Both the position numbers and the translations under genes were made by a program. The notes beneath the pieces were generated by a model, which saw only the letters and a list, made by a program, of their open reading frames with translations, ran no database searches and was not told where the DNA came from. A DNA stretch of 64,000 nt from Pristiophorus japonicus. Lineage: Eukaryota. The DNA is taken from NCBI RefSeq assembly GCF_044704955.1, contig NC_091977.1, forward strand, positions 12,958,001 to 13,022,000. The letters are read 5' to 3'. Shown piece after piece: positions 10,700-23,310 of the stretch. Numbering within the stretch: position 1 is the stretch's first letter; every line of letters starts with the position of its first letter.

Positions 10700-13515
10700 A
10701 TTCCTTTCTTTGTTCTAGTCCTACTCAGGTGTCCCTCACCTCTTTTTCCGGTACATTGATGACTGTATTGGTGCCGTTTCCTGCTCTGGCACTGAACAGG
10801 AAAATGTCATCAACTTTGCATCCAATTACCACCTTTCCTCGCCTTCACATGGTCCATCTCCAGCTCTTCCCTTCCCTTCCCTTCCTCGCCTTCACATGGT
10901 CCATCTCCAGCTCTTCCCTTCCCTTCCCTTCCTCGCCTTCACATGGTTCATCTCCAGCTCTTCCCTTCCCTTCCCTTCCTCACCTTCACATGGTCCATCT
11001 CCAGCTCTTCCCTTCCCTTCCCTTCCTCGCCTTCACATGGTCCATCTCCAGCTCTTCCCTTCCTTTCCTTTCCTCGCCTTCACATGGTCCATCTCCAGCT
11101 CCTCCCTTCCCTTCCTTTCCTCGCCTTCACATGGTCCATCTCCAGCTCTTCCCTTCCCTTCCTTTCCTCGCCTTCACATGGTCCATCTCCAGTTCCTCCC
11201 TTCCCTTCCTTTCCTCGCCTTCACATGGTCCATCTCCAGCTCTTCCCTTCCCTTCCCTTCCTCGCCTTCACATGGTCCATCTCCAGCTCTCCCCTTCCCT
11301 TCCCTTCCTCGCCTTCACATGGTCCATCTCCAGCTCTTCCCTTCCCTTCCCTTCCTCGCCTTCACATGGTCCATCTCCAGCTCTCCCCTTCCCTTCCTCG
11401 TCTTCACATGGTCCATCTCCAGCTCTTCCCTTCCCTTCCCTTCCTCGCCTTCACATGGTCCATCTCCAGCTCTTCCCTTCCCTTCCTTTCCTCGCCTTCA
11501 CATGGTCCATCTCCAGCTCTCCCCTTCCCTTCCTCACCTTCACATGGTCCATCTCCAGCTCTCCCCTTCCCTTCCTTTCCTCGCCTTCACATGGTCCATC
11601 TCCAGCTCTTCCCTTCCCTTCCCTTCCTCGCCTTCACATGGTCCATCTCCAGCTCTTCCCTTCCCTTCCTCGCCTTCACATGGTCCATCTCCAGCTCTTC
11701 CCTTCCCTTCCTCGCCTTCACATGGTCCATCTCCAGCTCTTCCCTTCCCTTCTTCGCCTTCACATGGTCCATCTCCAGCTCTCCCCTTCCCTTCCCTTCC
11801 TCGCCTTCACATGGTCCATCTCCAGCTCTTCCCTTCCCTTCCTCGCCTTCACATGGTCCATCTCCAGCTCTCCCCTTCCTTTCCCTTCCTCGCCTTCACA
11901 TGGTCCATCTCCAGCTCTCCCCTTCCCTTCCTCGTCTTCACATGGTCCATCTCCAGCTCTTCCCTTCCCTTCCCTTCCTCGCCTTCACATGGTCCATCTC
12001 CAGCTCTTCCCTTCCCTTCCTTTCCTCGCCTTCACATGGTCCATCTCCAGCTCTCCCCTTCCCTTCCTCACCTTCACATGGTCCATCTCCAGCTCTCCCC
12101 TTCCCTTCCTTTCCTCGCCTTCACATGGTCCATCTTCAGCTCTTCCCTTCCCTTCCCTTCCTCGCCTTCACATGGTCCATCTCCAGCTCTCCCCTTCCCT
12201 TCCCTTCCTCGCCTTCACATGGTCCATCTCCAGCTCTTCCCTTCCCTTCCTCGCCTTCACATGGTCCATCTCCAGCTCTCCCCTTCCTTTCCCTTCCTCG
12301 CCTTCACATGGTCCATCTTCAGCTCTTCCCTTCCCTTCCCTTCCTCGCCTTCACATGGTCCATCTCCAGCTCTTCCCTTCCCTTCCTCGCCTTCACATGG
12401 TCCATCTCCAGCTCTCCCCTTCCTTTCCCTTCCTCGCCTTCACATGGTCCATCTCCAGCTCTTCCCTTCCTTTCCTCGCCTTCACATGGTCCATCTCCAG
12501 CTCTTCCCTTCCCTTCCTCGACTTCACATGGTCCATCTCCAGCTCTTCCCTTCCCTTCCCTTCCTCGACTTCACATGGTCCATCTCCAGCTCTCCCTTTC
12601 CTTTCCTCGCCTTCACATGGTCCATCTCCAGCTCTCTCCTTCCTTTCCTCGCCTTCACATGGACCATCTCCAGCTCTTCCCTTCTCTTCCTCGACTTCAC
12701 ATGGTCCATCTCCAGCTCTCCCCTTCCTTTCCTCGCCTTCACATGGTCCATCTCCAGCTCTTCCCTTCCCTTCCTCGACTTCACATGGTCCATCTCCAGC
12801 TCTTCCCTTCCCTTCCCTTCCTCGACTTCACATGGTCCATCTCCAGCTCTCCCCTTCCTTTCCTCGCCTTCACATGGTCCATCTCCAGCTCTTCCCTTCC
12901 CTTCCTCGACTTCTCAGTCTCCATTTCCGGGGATCGGCTATCGACGAATATCCACTATAATATCTCCCACAGCTACACTTCCTCCCATGCCACTTCTCGT
13001 GAGGACTCTATTCCATTCTCCCATTTTCTCCATCTCCATTGCATCTGTTCTGACGATGCCACATACACTGCTCCGACACATCTTCCTTTTTCCTCAACTA
13101 AGGATTCTCTTCACCCGTAGTTGACATGGCCCTCGACCGTGTCTGTTCCATTTCCGCAATTCTGCTCTCACCCCTTCTGCTGCCTCCCAGCACCAGGATA
13201 GGATTCTCTTTATCCTCACCTTCCACCCCACCATCCTTCACGTTCAGCAGATCATCCTTCATCATTTCCGTCACCTTCAGCGTGATCCCACCAACAAACA
13301 CATCTTTCCCTCCCCTTTCAGCATTCTGAAGGGACCATTCCCTCCACGACACCCGGGTCACTCCTCATTCACCCCCAATAGCCCCACCCTTACCCACAAC
13401 AAATTCCCGTGCAAGCGCAGGAGATGCAATACCTGCCCTTTTATCTCCTCCCTTCCCACAATCCAGGGCCCCAAAATCTCCTTCCAGGAGAAACAGTGAT
13501 TTACTTGTACTTCTT
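10700..13515 (+). mobile_element. Penelope-like element fragment (RT + linker toward GIY-YIG), inflated by an internal minisatellite
   Basis: FFRYIDDCIGA (YIDD 10752-10763); LAFTWSISSSSLPFLDFSVSISGDRLSTNIHY; SIPFSHFL; Cys-rich linker PCKRRRCNTCPF near 13407. Confidence 0.85.
10835..12913 (+). repeat. Minisatellite, 42/47-bp unit (cctcgccttcacatggtccatctccagctcttcccttccctt +/- ccctt), ~45 copies
   Basis: Directly visible tandem array; accounts for the three stop-free low-complexity ORFs. Confidence 0.97.
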
Positions 13516-13516
13516 T

Positions 13517-16469
13517 CATAGAATCATAGAATGGTTACTGCATAGAAGGAGGCCATTTGGCCCTTCGAGCCCGTGCTGGCTCTCTACAATAGCAATTCAG
13601 CTAGTCCCACTCCATTGGCTTCAAATTTCTGGCAAGACTATTATGTGGCACTTTATAAAACACCTTTTGGAAGTCCATGTAAACTACGTCAACCGCTTTG
13701 CCCTCATCAATCCTCCCTGTTACCTCATCAAAAAACTCAATCAAGTTGGTTAAACATGATTTGCCTTTAACAAATCCGTGCTGGCTTTCCTTAATTAATC
13801 CACACTTGTCCAAGTGACTGTTAACTTTGTCCCTGATTATTGTTTCTGTAAAGTCCAGTCCCCACAGTACAGATTCACATGAGGCATGTAGTGAAGTCAA
13901 GGTCACTCTGGACCTGCACCTTTATTTCACAGCTCTGGAATGCTGCACTTGCCTGAGACCTGTCCTTATATACCTGTCTCTTGCAAGTGCACCCCTGGTG
14001 GTAAGATATGCTGTTGGTTACAGGTCATATCTTATTACAGTCATATATAGTATGTTCGGATACAGTTATATATAATAATGTAAGATACATGACATCACCC
14101 TCCCCCAAGGTCTTATTGTCTTTATAGGTTCAGTCTCTCAGGTGGTCTACGCTCTCGCATGGAGCGTCTGAGTTGTGGTTCAGTTATTTGCCTTGGTGTC
14201 TGTTTTTCTTTGGGTGTGGTTGCTGGTATCTCGCCTGGGCTGTCTGTTTTGATTGGTGTAATTGTTGTTGACTTGCCTGGGCTGTCTGTTGGGATTGCCC
14301 TTTCCTCAGGTTGTTCCCTCTGTCTGTCCACCAGGTGTGGTGCGAGTTCCACATTGTAGTCTGACTCTGGTTCCGCAGTGTTGTTGGTAAATCTGTTTTT
14401 GACTTGGCCAACATGCCTCCGGCAGGTTTTGCCATTGTCCATTTGTACTACCAGTAGCCTGTTTCCTTCCTTGCCCGTTACTGTCCCTGCAAGCCATTTG
14501 GGACCCCTGCCATAGTTTAGTACAAACACTTTGTCCCCTATCTCATTCCATCTCCTCCTCGAGATTCTGTCTTGGTACTCAGTCAGCTTACGGCGCTTTG
14601 CCTCAACGATTTCGTGTATGTCTGGGAGGATTAATGAGAGCCTTGTTTTTAAAGTCCTTTTCATCAACAGTTGCGCGGGGGGAGATCCCAGTCAGTGAGT
14701 GCGGACGAGATCTGTATGCCAGCAGCAGTTACGACAGGCGACCCTGCAGCGTGGGACCTTGGATTTTAAGCATGCCTTGTTTAATGATTTGCACTGCTCT
14801 CTCCACCTGGCCGTTGGAGGCCGGCTTGAACGGTACCATCTTGACATGATTTATGCCGTGGTCAATTATAAAGTCTTGGAATTCTGTGCTGGTGAAGCCC
14901 GGGACCATTGTCACTGACCAATATGTCAGGGATTCCGTGCGTTGCAAACATGGTTGCGAGGCTCTCCACAGTGGTGGAGGTTGTGCTCGAGTTTAAAATG
15001 GTGCATTCGATCCACTTTGAAAATGCATCTATAACTGTGAGGAACATTTTGCCCATGAATGGGCCCACATAGTCTACGTGTACCCGTGACCACGGTTTGG
15101 TAGGCCAGGGCCAGGGGCTCAGGGGAGCCTCCGTGGGGGCATTGCTGAGTTGGGCACAAATGGTGCACCTTAGAACGCAGAGCTCCAAGTCCGCATCAAT
15201 ACCAGGTCACCAGACGTGGGATTTGGCTATAGCCTTCATGAGAACGATCCCCGGGTGCTCGCGGTGGAGCTCCCGGACAAATGCCTCTCTGCCTCGCAGA
15301 GGCATGACTACTCGGCTGCCCCACATCAGGCAGTCTGCTTGTAGTGATAGCTCATGCATGCGCCTGTGAAAGGGTTTTAATTCCTCGGGGCAGGCATCGC
15401 GAGCCTCTGCTCAGTCACCGGTTAGGACACATCTTTTTACTAAGGATAACGCGGGGTCGCTGGCCGTCCAGGATCTGATTTGGCGAGCCGTCATGGGCGA
15501 ACCTGTGGACTCAAAGGCATTGATTGCCATGACTATCTCACAGTCCTGTTCGTCAGACCCTTCCGTGGTCGCCAGGGGTAGCCTGCTGAGCGCGTCGGCA
15601 CAGTTGTCTGTGCCTGGTCTGTGCCTTATGGTATAGTCGTAGGACGCCAGCATGAGTGCCCACCGTTGAATTCGCACTGAAGCTTTGGCGTTTATTGCCT
15701 TGCTCTCGAATTGGAGGGACGTGAGGGGCTTGTGGTCGGTTTCTAACACGAACTTAGCCCCACCAGTGTGCTCAACTCCTCAAACGACTTGCTTGCTGGC
15801 TTCTCGGGTGCCAACAGATCCTTCATTAAAGCGTATGTTTTCGAGCCACAGCTGGTCAAGAGATGGGCTCTTCTCTTGTCTGCCTTATCGTCGCCTAACC
15901 AGTCTTTGGTTACAAAGCTTTGCTGGAGCCTTTCTATAAAGTCCTCCCAATTGTCTCCCGCATTGTACTTTTCATCTGATCCGTTGTTCGACTTTCTGTG
16001 GATTCTGTAATCCCATAACTCGTCGCCGCTGTAAAGTCCTGTCCCCTCAGTACAGATTCACACGAGGCATGTAGTGAAGTCAAGGTCACTCTGGACCTGC
16101 ACCTTTATTTCACAGCTCTGGAATGCTGCACTTGCCTGAGACCTGTCCTTATATACCTGTCTCTTGCAAGTGCTACCCTGGTGGTAAGGTATGCTGGTGG
16201 TTACAGGTCATATCTTATTACAGTCATGTATAGCATGTTAGGATACAGTTATATATAATAATGTAAGATACATGACAGTTTCTAAAAGCTTCCCAACTAC
16301 CGAGGTGAAATTGACTGGCCTGTTGCTGCTGGGTTTATCCTTACACCTTTTTTTAAACAAGGGGTAACATTTTCAATTCTCCAGTTTCTGGCACTACCCC
16401 GTATCTAAATAGCATTTGAAGATTATGGCAGTACATCCGTAATTTCCTCCTTAACTTCCCTCAGCATCC
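13517..16469 (-). mobile_element. CR1 fragments (13517-13846 and 16278-16469) split by the Gypsy insertion
   Basis: [20 protein letters not shown] on minus; host sequence joins across the GTTTC TSD. Confidence 0.85.
13847..16277 (-). mobile_element. Internally deleted Ty3/Gypsy LTR retrotransposon
   Basis: Two 248-bp TG...CA LTRs (13847-14094, 16030-16277), 5-bp TSD GTTTC, PBS resembling tRNA-Ser (GGCGACGAG), PPT GGGGGAGGGTGA; short gag start joined to RNase H end (TDHKPL) and integrase (PWSRVHVDYVGP, SDNG, SNGQVER). Confidence 0.95.
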
Positions 16470-16855
16470 TAGAAACATAGAAACATAGAAAATAGGTGCA
16501 GGAGTAGGCCATTCTGTCCTTCGAGCCTGCACCACCATTCAATAAGATCATGGCTGATCATTCCCTCAGTACCCCTTGTTGTATATCTGTAAAGCATGCA
16601 CTCCCATGTTCCACCACCAGGGAGCGCATCCCCTGAAGTCCCAAGGGATCCCAGCATCCCTTGGGAGCACTGTATATAAGCCGGCCCCTAAGGCCTGTTC
16701 CTCCCTCTGGAGGTCTCAATAAAGACTGAGGTCACCGTTACTTTAACCTCCCTGTGTGCAGTCTCATCTGTGTTAGGAACACCACACCCCTTTCCTGCTT
16801 TCTCTCCATACCCCTTGATCCCTTTAGCCGTAAGGGCCATATCTAACTCCCTTCC
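16470..16855 (-). mobile_element. CR1 3' end
   Basis: (CATAGAAA)n tail, GIKGYGEKAG on minus. Confidence 0.9.
16577..16786 (+). mobile_element. Solo LTR (210 bp) inserted in a CR1 3' end
   Basis: TGTTGT...ACCACA, 5-bp TSD CCCCT, TATATAA ~16673, AATAAA ~16718. Confidence 0.88.
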
Positions 16856-19800
16856 AAAACCAATGTGTCGAGGAACCAACTAGAGCGCTGACCATCCTAA
16901 ACTGGGTGATGTGTAATGAGAAAGGACTAATTAGCATTCTTGTTGTGCGAGGCCCCTTGGGGAAGAGTGACCATAAAATGGTAGAATTCTTTATTAAGAT
17001 GCAGAGTGACACAGTTAATTCAGAGACGAGGGTCCTGAACTTAAGGAAAGGTAACTTCGATGGTATGAGGCGTGATTTGGCTAGAATAGACTGGCAAATG
17101 ATACTCAAAGGGTTGCGGTGGATAGGCAATGGCAAACATTTAAACACCACATGGATGAACTTCAACAATTGCAATCCCTGTCTGGAGTCAAAATAAACCG
17201 GGAAGGTGGCTGAACCATGACAAACAAGGGAAATTAAGGATAGTGTTAAATCCAAGAAAGAGACATATAAATTGGCCAGAAAAAGCAGCAAACTTGAGGA
17301 CTGGGAGAAATTTAGAATTCAGCAGAGGAGGACAAAGGGTTTAATTAGGAGGGGGAAAATAGAGTATGAGAGGAAGCTTGCCGGAAACATAAAAACTGAC
17401 TGCAAAAGCTTCTATAGATATGTGAAGAGAAAAAGATTAGTGAAGACAAGAGTAGGTCCCTGGCAGTCAGATTCAGGTGAATTTATGATGGGGAACAAAG
17501 AAATGGCAGACTAGTTAAACAAATACTTTGGTTCTGTCTTCACGAAGGAAGGCACAAATAACCTTCTGGAAATACCAGGGGACCGAGGGTCTAGTGAGAA
17601 GGAGGAACTGAAGGAAATCCTTATTAGGCAGGAAATTATGTTGAAGAAATTGATGGGATTGAAGGCCAATAAATCCCCGGGGCCTGATAGTCTACATCCC
17701 AGAGTATTTAAGGAAGTGGTCCGAGAAATAGTGGATGCATTGGTGATCATTTTCCAACAGTCTATCGACTCTGAATCAATTCCTATGGACTGGAGGGTAG
17801 CTAATGCAACACCACTTTTTAAAAAAGGAGGGAGAGAGAAAACGGGTAATTATATACCGGTTAGCCTGACATCAGTAGTGGGGAAAATGTTGGAATCAAT
17901 TATTAAAGATGAAATAGCAGCGCATTTGGAAAGCAGTGACAGGATCGGTCCAAGTCAGCGTGGATTTATGAAAGGGAAATCATGCTTGACAAATCTTCTG
18001 GAATTTTTTGACAATGTAACTAGTAGAGTGGACAAGGGAGAACCAGTGGATGTAGTGTATTTGGACTTTCAAAAGGCTTTTGACAAGGTCCCACACAAGA
18101 GATTGGTGTGCAAAATTAAAGCACATGGTATTGGGGGTAATGTACTGATGTGGATAGAGAACTGGTTGGCAGTCAGGAATCAGAGAGTCGGGATAAACGG
18201 GTCATTTTCAGAATGGCAGGCAGTGACTAGTGGGGTGCCGCAGGGCTCAGTATTGGGACCCCAGCTATTTACAACATACATTAATAATTTAGATGAAGAA
18301 ATGGAGTGTAATAGCTCCAGGTTTGCAGATGACACTTAGCTGGGTGGCAGTCTGAACTATGAGGAGGATGCTAAGAGGCTGCAGGGTGACTTGGACAGGT
18401 TCGGTGAGTGGGCAAATGCATGGCAGATGCAGTATAATGTGGATAAATGTGAGGTTATCCACTTTGGTGGCAAAAATACGAAGGCAGAATATTATCTGAA
18501 TCGCGGCAGATTAGGAAAAGGGGAGCTGCAACAAGACCTGGGTGTCATGGTACATCAGTCATTGAAAGTTGGCATCCAGGTACAGCAGGCGGTGAAGAAG
18601 GTAAATGAAATGTTGGCCTTCACAGCTAGGGGATATGAGTATAGGAGCAGGGAGGTCTTACTGCAGTTGTACAGGGCCTTGGTGAGGCCTCACCTGGAAT
18701 ATTGTGTTCAGTTTTGGTCTCCTAATCTGAGGAAGGAAGTTCTTGCTATTGAGGGAGTGCAGCGAAGGTTCACCAGACTGATTCCTGGGATGGCAGGACT
18801 GACGTATGAGGAGAGACTAGATCGATTGGGCCTGTATGCACTGGAGTTTAGAAGGATGAGAGGGGATCTCATAGAAACATATCAAATTCTGATGGGACTG
18901 GATAGGTTAGATGCAGGAAGAATGTTCTCGATGTTGGGGAAGTCCAGAAGCAGGGCACACAGTCTAAGGATGAGGGGTAGGCCATTTACATAAGAACATA
19001 AGAACATAAGAATTAGGAACAGGAGTACGCCATCTAGCTCCTCGAGCATGCTCCACCATTCAAAAAGATCATGGCGAATCTGGCCGTGGACTCAGCTCCA
19101 CTTACCCGTCCGCTCCCCATAACCCTTAATTCCCTTATTGGTTAAAAATCTATCCATCTGTGATTTGAATGTATTCAATGAGCTAGCCTCAACTGCTTCC
19201 TTGGGCAGAGAATTCCAGATTCACAACCCTCTGGGAGAAGAAATTCCTTCTCAACTCGGTTTTCAATTGGCTCCCCCGTATTTTGAGGCTGTGCCCCCTA
19301 GTTCTAGTTTCCCTGACCAGTGGAAACAAACTCTCTGCCTCTATCTTGTCGATCCCTTTCATTATTTTCAATGTTTCTACAAGATCACCCCTCATCCTCT
19401 GAACTCCAACGAGTAAAGACCCAGTCTACTCAATCTATCATCATAAGGTAACCCCCTCATCTCCGGAATCAGCCTAGTGAATCGTCTTTGTACCCCCTCC
19501 AAAGCTAGTATATCCTTCCTTAAGTCAGGTGACCAAAACTGCACGCAGTACTCCAGGTGCGGCCTCACCAATACCCTGTACAGTTGCAGCAGGACCTCCC
19601 TGCTTTTGTACTCCATCCCTCTCGCAATGAAGGCCAACATTCCATTCGCCTTCCTGATTACCTGCTGCACCTACAAACTAACCTTTTGGGATTGATGCAC
19701 AAGGACCCCCAGGTCCCTCTGTTGTAATTTCTCCCAATTCAAATAATATTCCCTTTTACTGTTTTTTTTCCAAAGTGGATGACCTCACATTTTCCGACAT

Positions 19801-22617
19801 TATATTCCATCTGCCAAACCTTGCCCATTCGCTTAGCCTATCCAAATCTCTTTGCAGCCTCTCTGTGTCCTCTACACAACCCGCTTTCCAACTAATCTTT
19901 CTGTCATCTGCAAATGTTGTTACACTATACTCTGTCCCCTCTTCCAGGTCATCTATGTATATTGTAAACAGTTGTGGTCCCAGCACCGATCCCTGTGGCA
20001 CACCACTAACCACGGATTTCCAACTCGAAAAGGATCCATTTATCCCGACTCTCTGCTTTCTGTTGGCAAGCCAATTCTCGATCCATGCTAATACATTTCC
20101 TTTGACTCCGCGTACCTTTATCTTCTGCAGTAACCTTTTGTGTGGCACCTTATCGAATGCCTTTTGGAAATCTAAATATACCACATCCATCGGTACACCT
20201 CTATCCACCATGCTCGTTATATCCTCAAAGAATTCCAGTAAATTAGTTAAACATGATTTCCCCTTCATGAATCCATGTTGCGTCTACTCGATTGCACTAT
20301 TCCTATCTAGATGTCCCGCTATTTCTTCCTTAATGATAGCTTCAAGCATTTTCCCCACTACAGATATTAAACTAACCGGCCTATAGTTACCTGCCTTTTG
20401 TCTGCCCCCTTTTTTAAACAGAGGCGTTACATTAGCTGCTTTCCAATCCGCTGGTACCTCCCCAGAGTCCAGAGAATTTTGGTAGATTATAACGAATGCA
20501 TCTGCTATAACTTCCGCCATCTCTTTTAATACCCTGGGATGCATTTCATCAGGACCAAGGGACTTGTCTACCTTGAGTCCCATTAGCCTGTCCAGCACTA
20601 CCTCCCTAGTGATAGTGATTGTCTCAAGGTCCTCCCTTCCCACATTCCCGTGACCAGCAATTTTTGAAATGGTTTTTGTGTCTTCCACTGTGAAGACCGA
20701 AGCAAAATAATTGTTTAAGGTCTCAGCCATTTCCACATTTCCCATTATTAAATCCCCCTTCTCATCTTCTGAGGGACCAACATTTACTTTAGTCACTCTT
20801 TTCCGTTTTATATATCGGTAAAAGCTTTTACTATCTGTTTTTATGTTTTGCGCAAGTTTACTTTCGTAATCTATCTTTCCTTTCTTTATTGCTTTCTTAG
20901 TCATTCTTTGCTGTTGTTTAAAATTTTCCCAATCTTCTAGTTTCCCACTAACTTTGGCCACCTTATACACATTGGTTTTTAACTTGATACTCTCCTTTAT
21001 TTCCTTGGTTATCCACGGCTGGTTATCCCTTCTCTTACCGATCTTCTTTTTCACTGGAATATATTTTTGTTGAGCACTATGAAAGAGCTCCTTAAAAGTC
21101 CTCCACTGTTCCTCAATTGTGCCACCGTTTAGTCTGTGTTCCCAGTCTACTTTAGCTAACTCTGCCCTCATCCCACTGTAGTCCCCTTTGTTTAAGCATA
21201 GTACGCTCGTTTGAGACACTACTTCCTCACCCTCAATCTGTATTACAAATTCAACCATACTGTGATCACTCATTCCGAGAGGATCTTTTACTCGGAGATC
21301 GTTTATTATTCCTGTCTCATTACACAGGACCAGATCTAAGATAGCTTGCTCCCTTGTAGGTTCTGTAACATACTGTTCTAAGAAACAATCCCGTATGCAT
21401 TCTATGAATTCCTCCTTCAGGCTACCCCGTGCGATTTGATTTGACCAATCGATGTGTAGGTTAAAATTCCCCATGATTACTGCCGTTCCTTTTTCACATG
21501 CCTCTATTATTCCTTTGATTATTATCCGCCCCACCATGAAGTTATTATTTGGGGGCCTATAAACTACGCCCACCAATGACTTTTTCCCCTTACTATCTCT
21601 AATCTCTACCCACAATGATTCAACATTTTGTTCATTAGAGCCAATATCATCTCTCACAACTGCCCTGATATCATCCTTTATTAACAGAGCTACCCCACCT
21701 CCTTTCCCTTCTTGTCTATCCTTCCGAATTGTCAGATACCCCTGTATGTTTAATTCCCAGTCTTGGCCACCCTGCAACCATATTTCTGTAATGGCCACCA
21801 AATCATACCCATTTGTAATGATTTGTGCCATCAACTCATTTACTTTATTTCGAATGCTGCGTGCGTTTAGGTAGAATGTTTTAATACTCGTTTTTAAACC
21901 ACGATTTTTAGTTTTGACCCCTCCTGCAGCCCCTTTATATTCATGCATATTGTCCCTTCCTGTCACCTTGTGGTTTACACTTACCCCAGTGCTACTCTGC
22001 ACTGTTGCCTCCTGCCTTGTACATTCTTTCTTGGGGTCCTGTTCATCTGAGCTCTCACCCACTCTAACTAGCTCAGAGCCCTCTCCTGGGTTACGAATAC
22101 TCCTCACATTGAGGCACCGAGCTTTCAGGCTTGCCGTTTTATTACACTTTGACCCTTTAGAATTTTGCTGTACATTGGCCCTTTTTCTTTTTTGCCTTGG
22201 GTTTCTCTGCCCTCCACTTTTACTCATCTCCTTTCTGTCTTTTGCTTTTGTATCCATTTTGTTTCCCTCTGTCTCCCTGCATTGGTTTCCATCCCCCTGC
22301 CATATTAGTTTAACCCCCCCCCCAACAGCACTAGCAAACACTTAGGACTGAGCTGAGGAGAAACTTCTTCACTCAGAGAGTTGTTAACCTGTGGAATTCC
22401 CTACCACAGAGAGTTGTTGATGCCAGTTCATTAGATATATTCAAGAGGGAGTTAGATATGGCCCTTATGGCTAAAAGGATCAAGGGGTATGGAGAGAAAG
22501 CAGGAAAGGGGTACTGAGGTGAATGATCAGCCATGATCTTATTGAATGGTGGTGCAGGCTCGAAGGGCCGAAAGGCCTACTTCTGCACCTATTTTCTATA
22601 TTTTTATGTTTCTATGT
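16856..22617 (+). mobile_element. CR1 (5'-truncated) interrupted at ~18989 and resuming at ~22341
   Basis: ORF2 pieces 16906-18993; ...GRPF continues as RTELRRNFF at 22341; tail at ~22617. Confidence 0.93.
18989..22340 (-). mobile_element. Nested CR1 of a different subfamily ((TTCTTATG)n tail) with near-complete ORF2
   Basis: ORFs 20284-22341, 19756-20268, 19392-19670 with EN and RT motifs. Confidence 0.95.
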
Positions 22618-22619
22618 TT

Positions 22620-23310
22620 GCAGCCGTGCATTCATCTGGTCTCTCCTCTTCCTTCTATACTCACTAGCTCATGGCACCAGGAATAATCCGGAGATTACTA
22701 TCTTTGGGGTCCTGCTTTTTAATCTCTTTCCTAGCTCCCTGAAAACTGCCTGCAGGACCTCACCCCTCTTTCTAGTTATGTCATTGATCCCAATAGGAAC
22801 CACAATCTCTGGCTGTTCTCCCTCCCTCCTTTGAATGACCTGGAGCCGATCAGTGACATCCTTGACTCTGGCCCAAGGCACGCAACATACCATCCTAGAA
22901 TCACCTCACGCCTGTCTGTTCCCCTAACTACCTGCTACCACTATTATTTTCCCGATCTTCCTCCTTCCCTGCTGCACAGCTGAGTCACAAGTGCAGTGGA
23001 CTTGGCTCTGGCTGTACTTACCAAAGGAACCATTGCCCTCACCAGTATTCGGTACTGAATACTGGTTGGAGAGCGAGATGCACTCAGGGGGCTCCTGCAT
23101 TATCTGCCTGGTCCTCCTTGTCTGTCTGGCGGTCACCCATTCCCACTCTGCCTGAACACCCTTAGGCTGCGGAGTGACCACCTCCTGAAACATGCCACCT
23201 CGTAGCTCTCAGCCTCGCAGATGCACCGCAGTGAATCCAGCTGCTGCTCAAGCTCTGAAACCTGGAGCTCCACCTCCTCCAGCTGACAATATTTCCTGCA
23301 CACATGGTTA
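22620..23310 (-). mobile_element. CR1 ORF1 (SGNH esterase-like) fragment
   Basis: VCRKYCQL, ARVKDV, VPIGIND, IVISGL. Confidence 0.85.

Noticed and set aside
10835-12913. CRISPR-like regular array
   Set aside because: Pure tandem repeat without unique spacers, in vertebrate DNA with no cas genes.
10693-13124. Three overlapping 725-755 aa ORFs
   Set aside because: By-product of a stop-free pyrimidine-rich minisatellite, not genes.
16470-22617. Twin-priming 5' inversion of one CR1
   Set aside because: Both the minus and plus parts have their own 3' tails, so they are two head-to-head elements.
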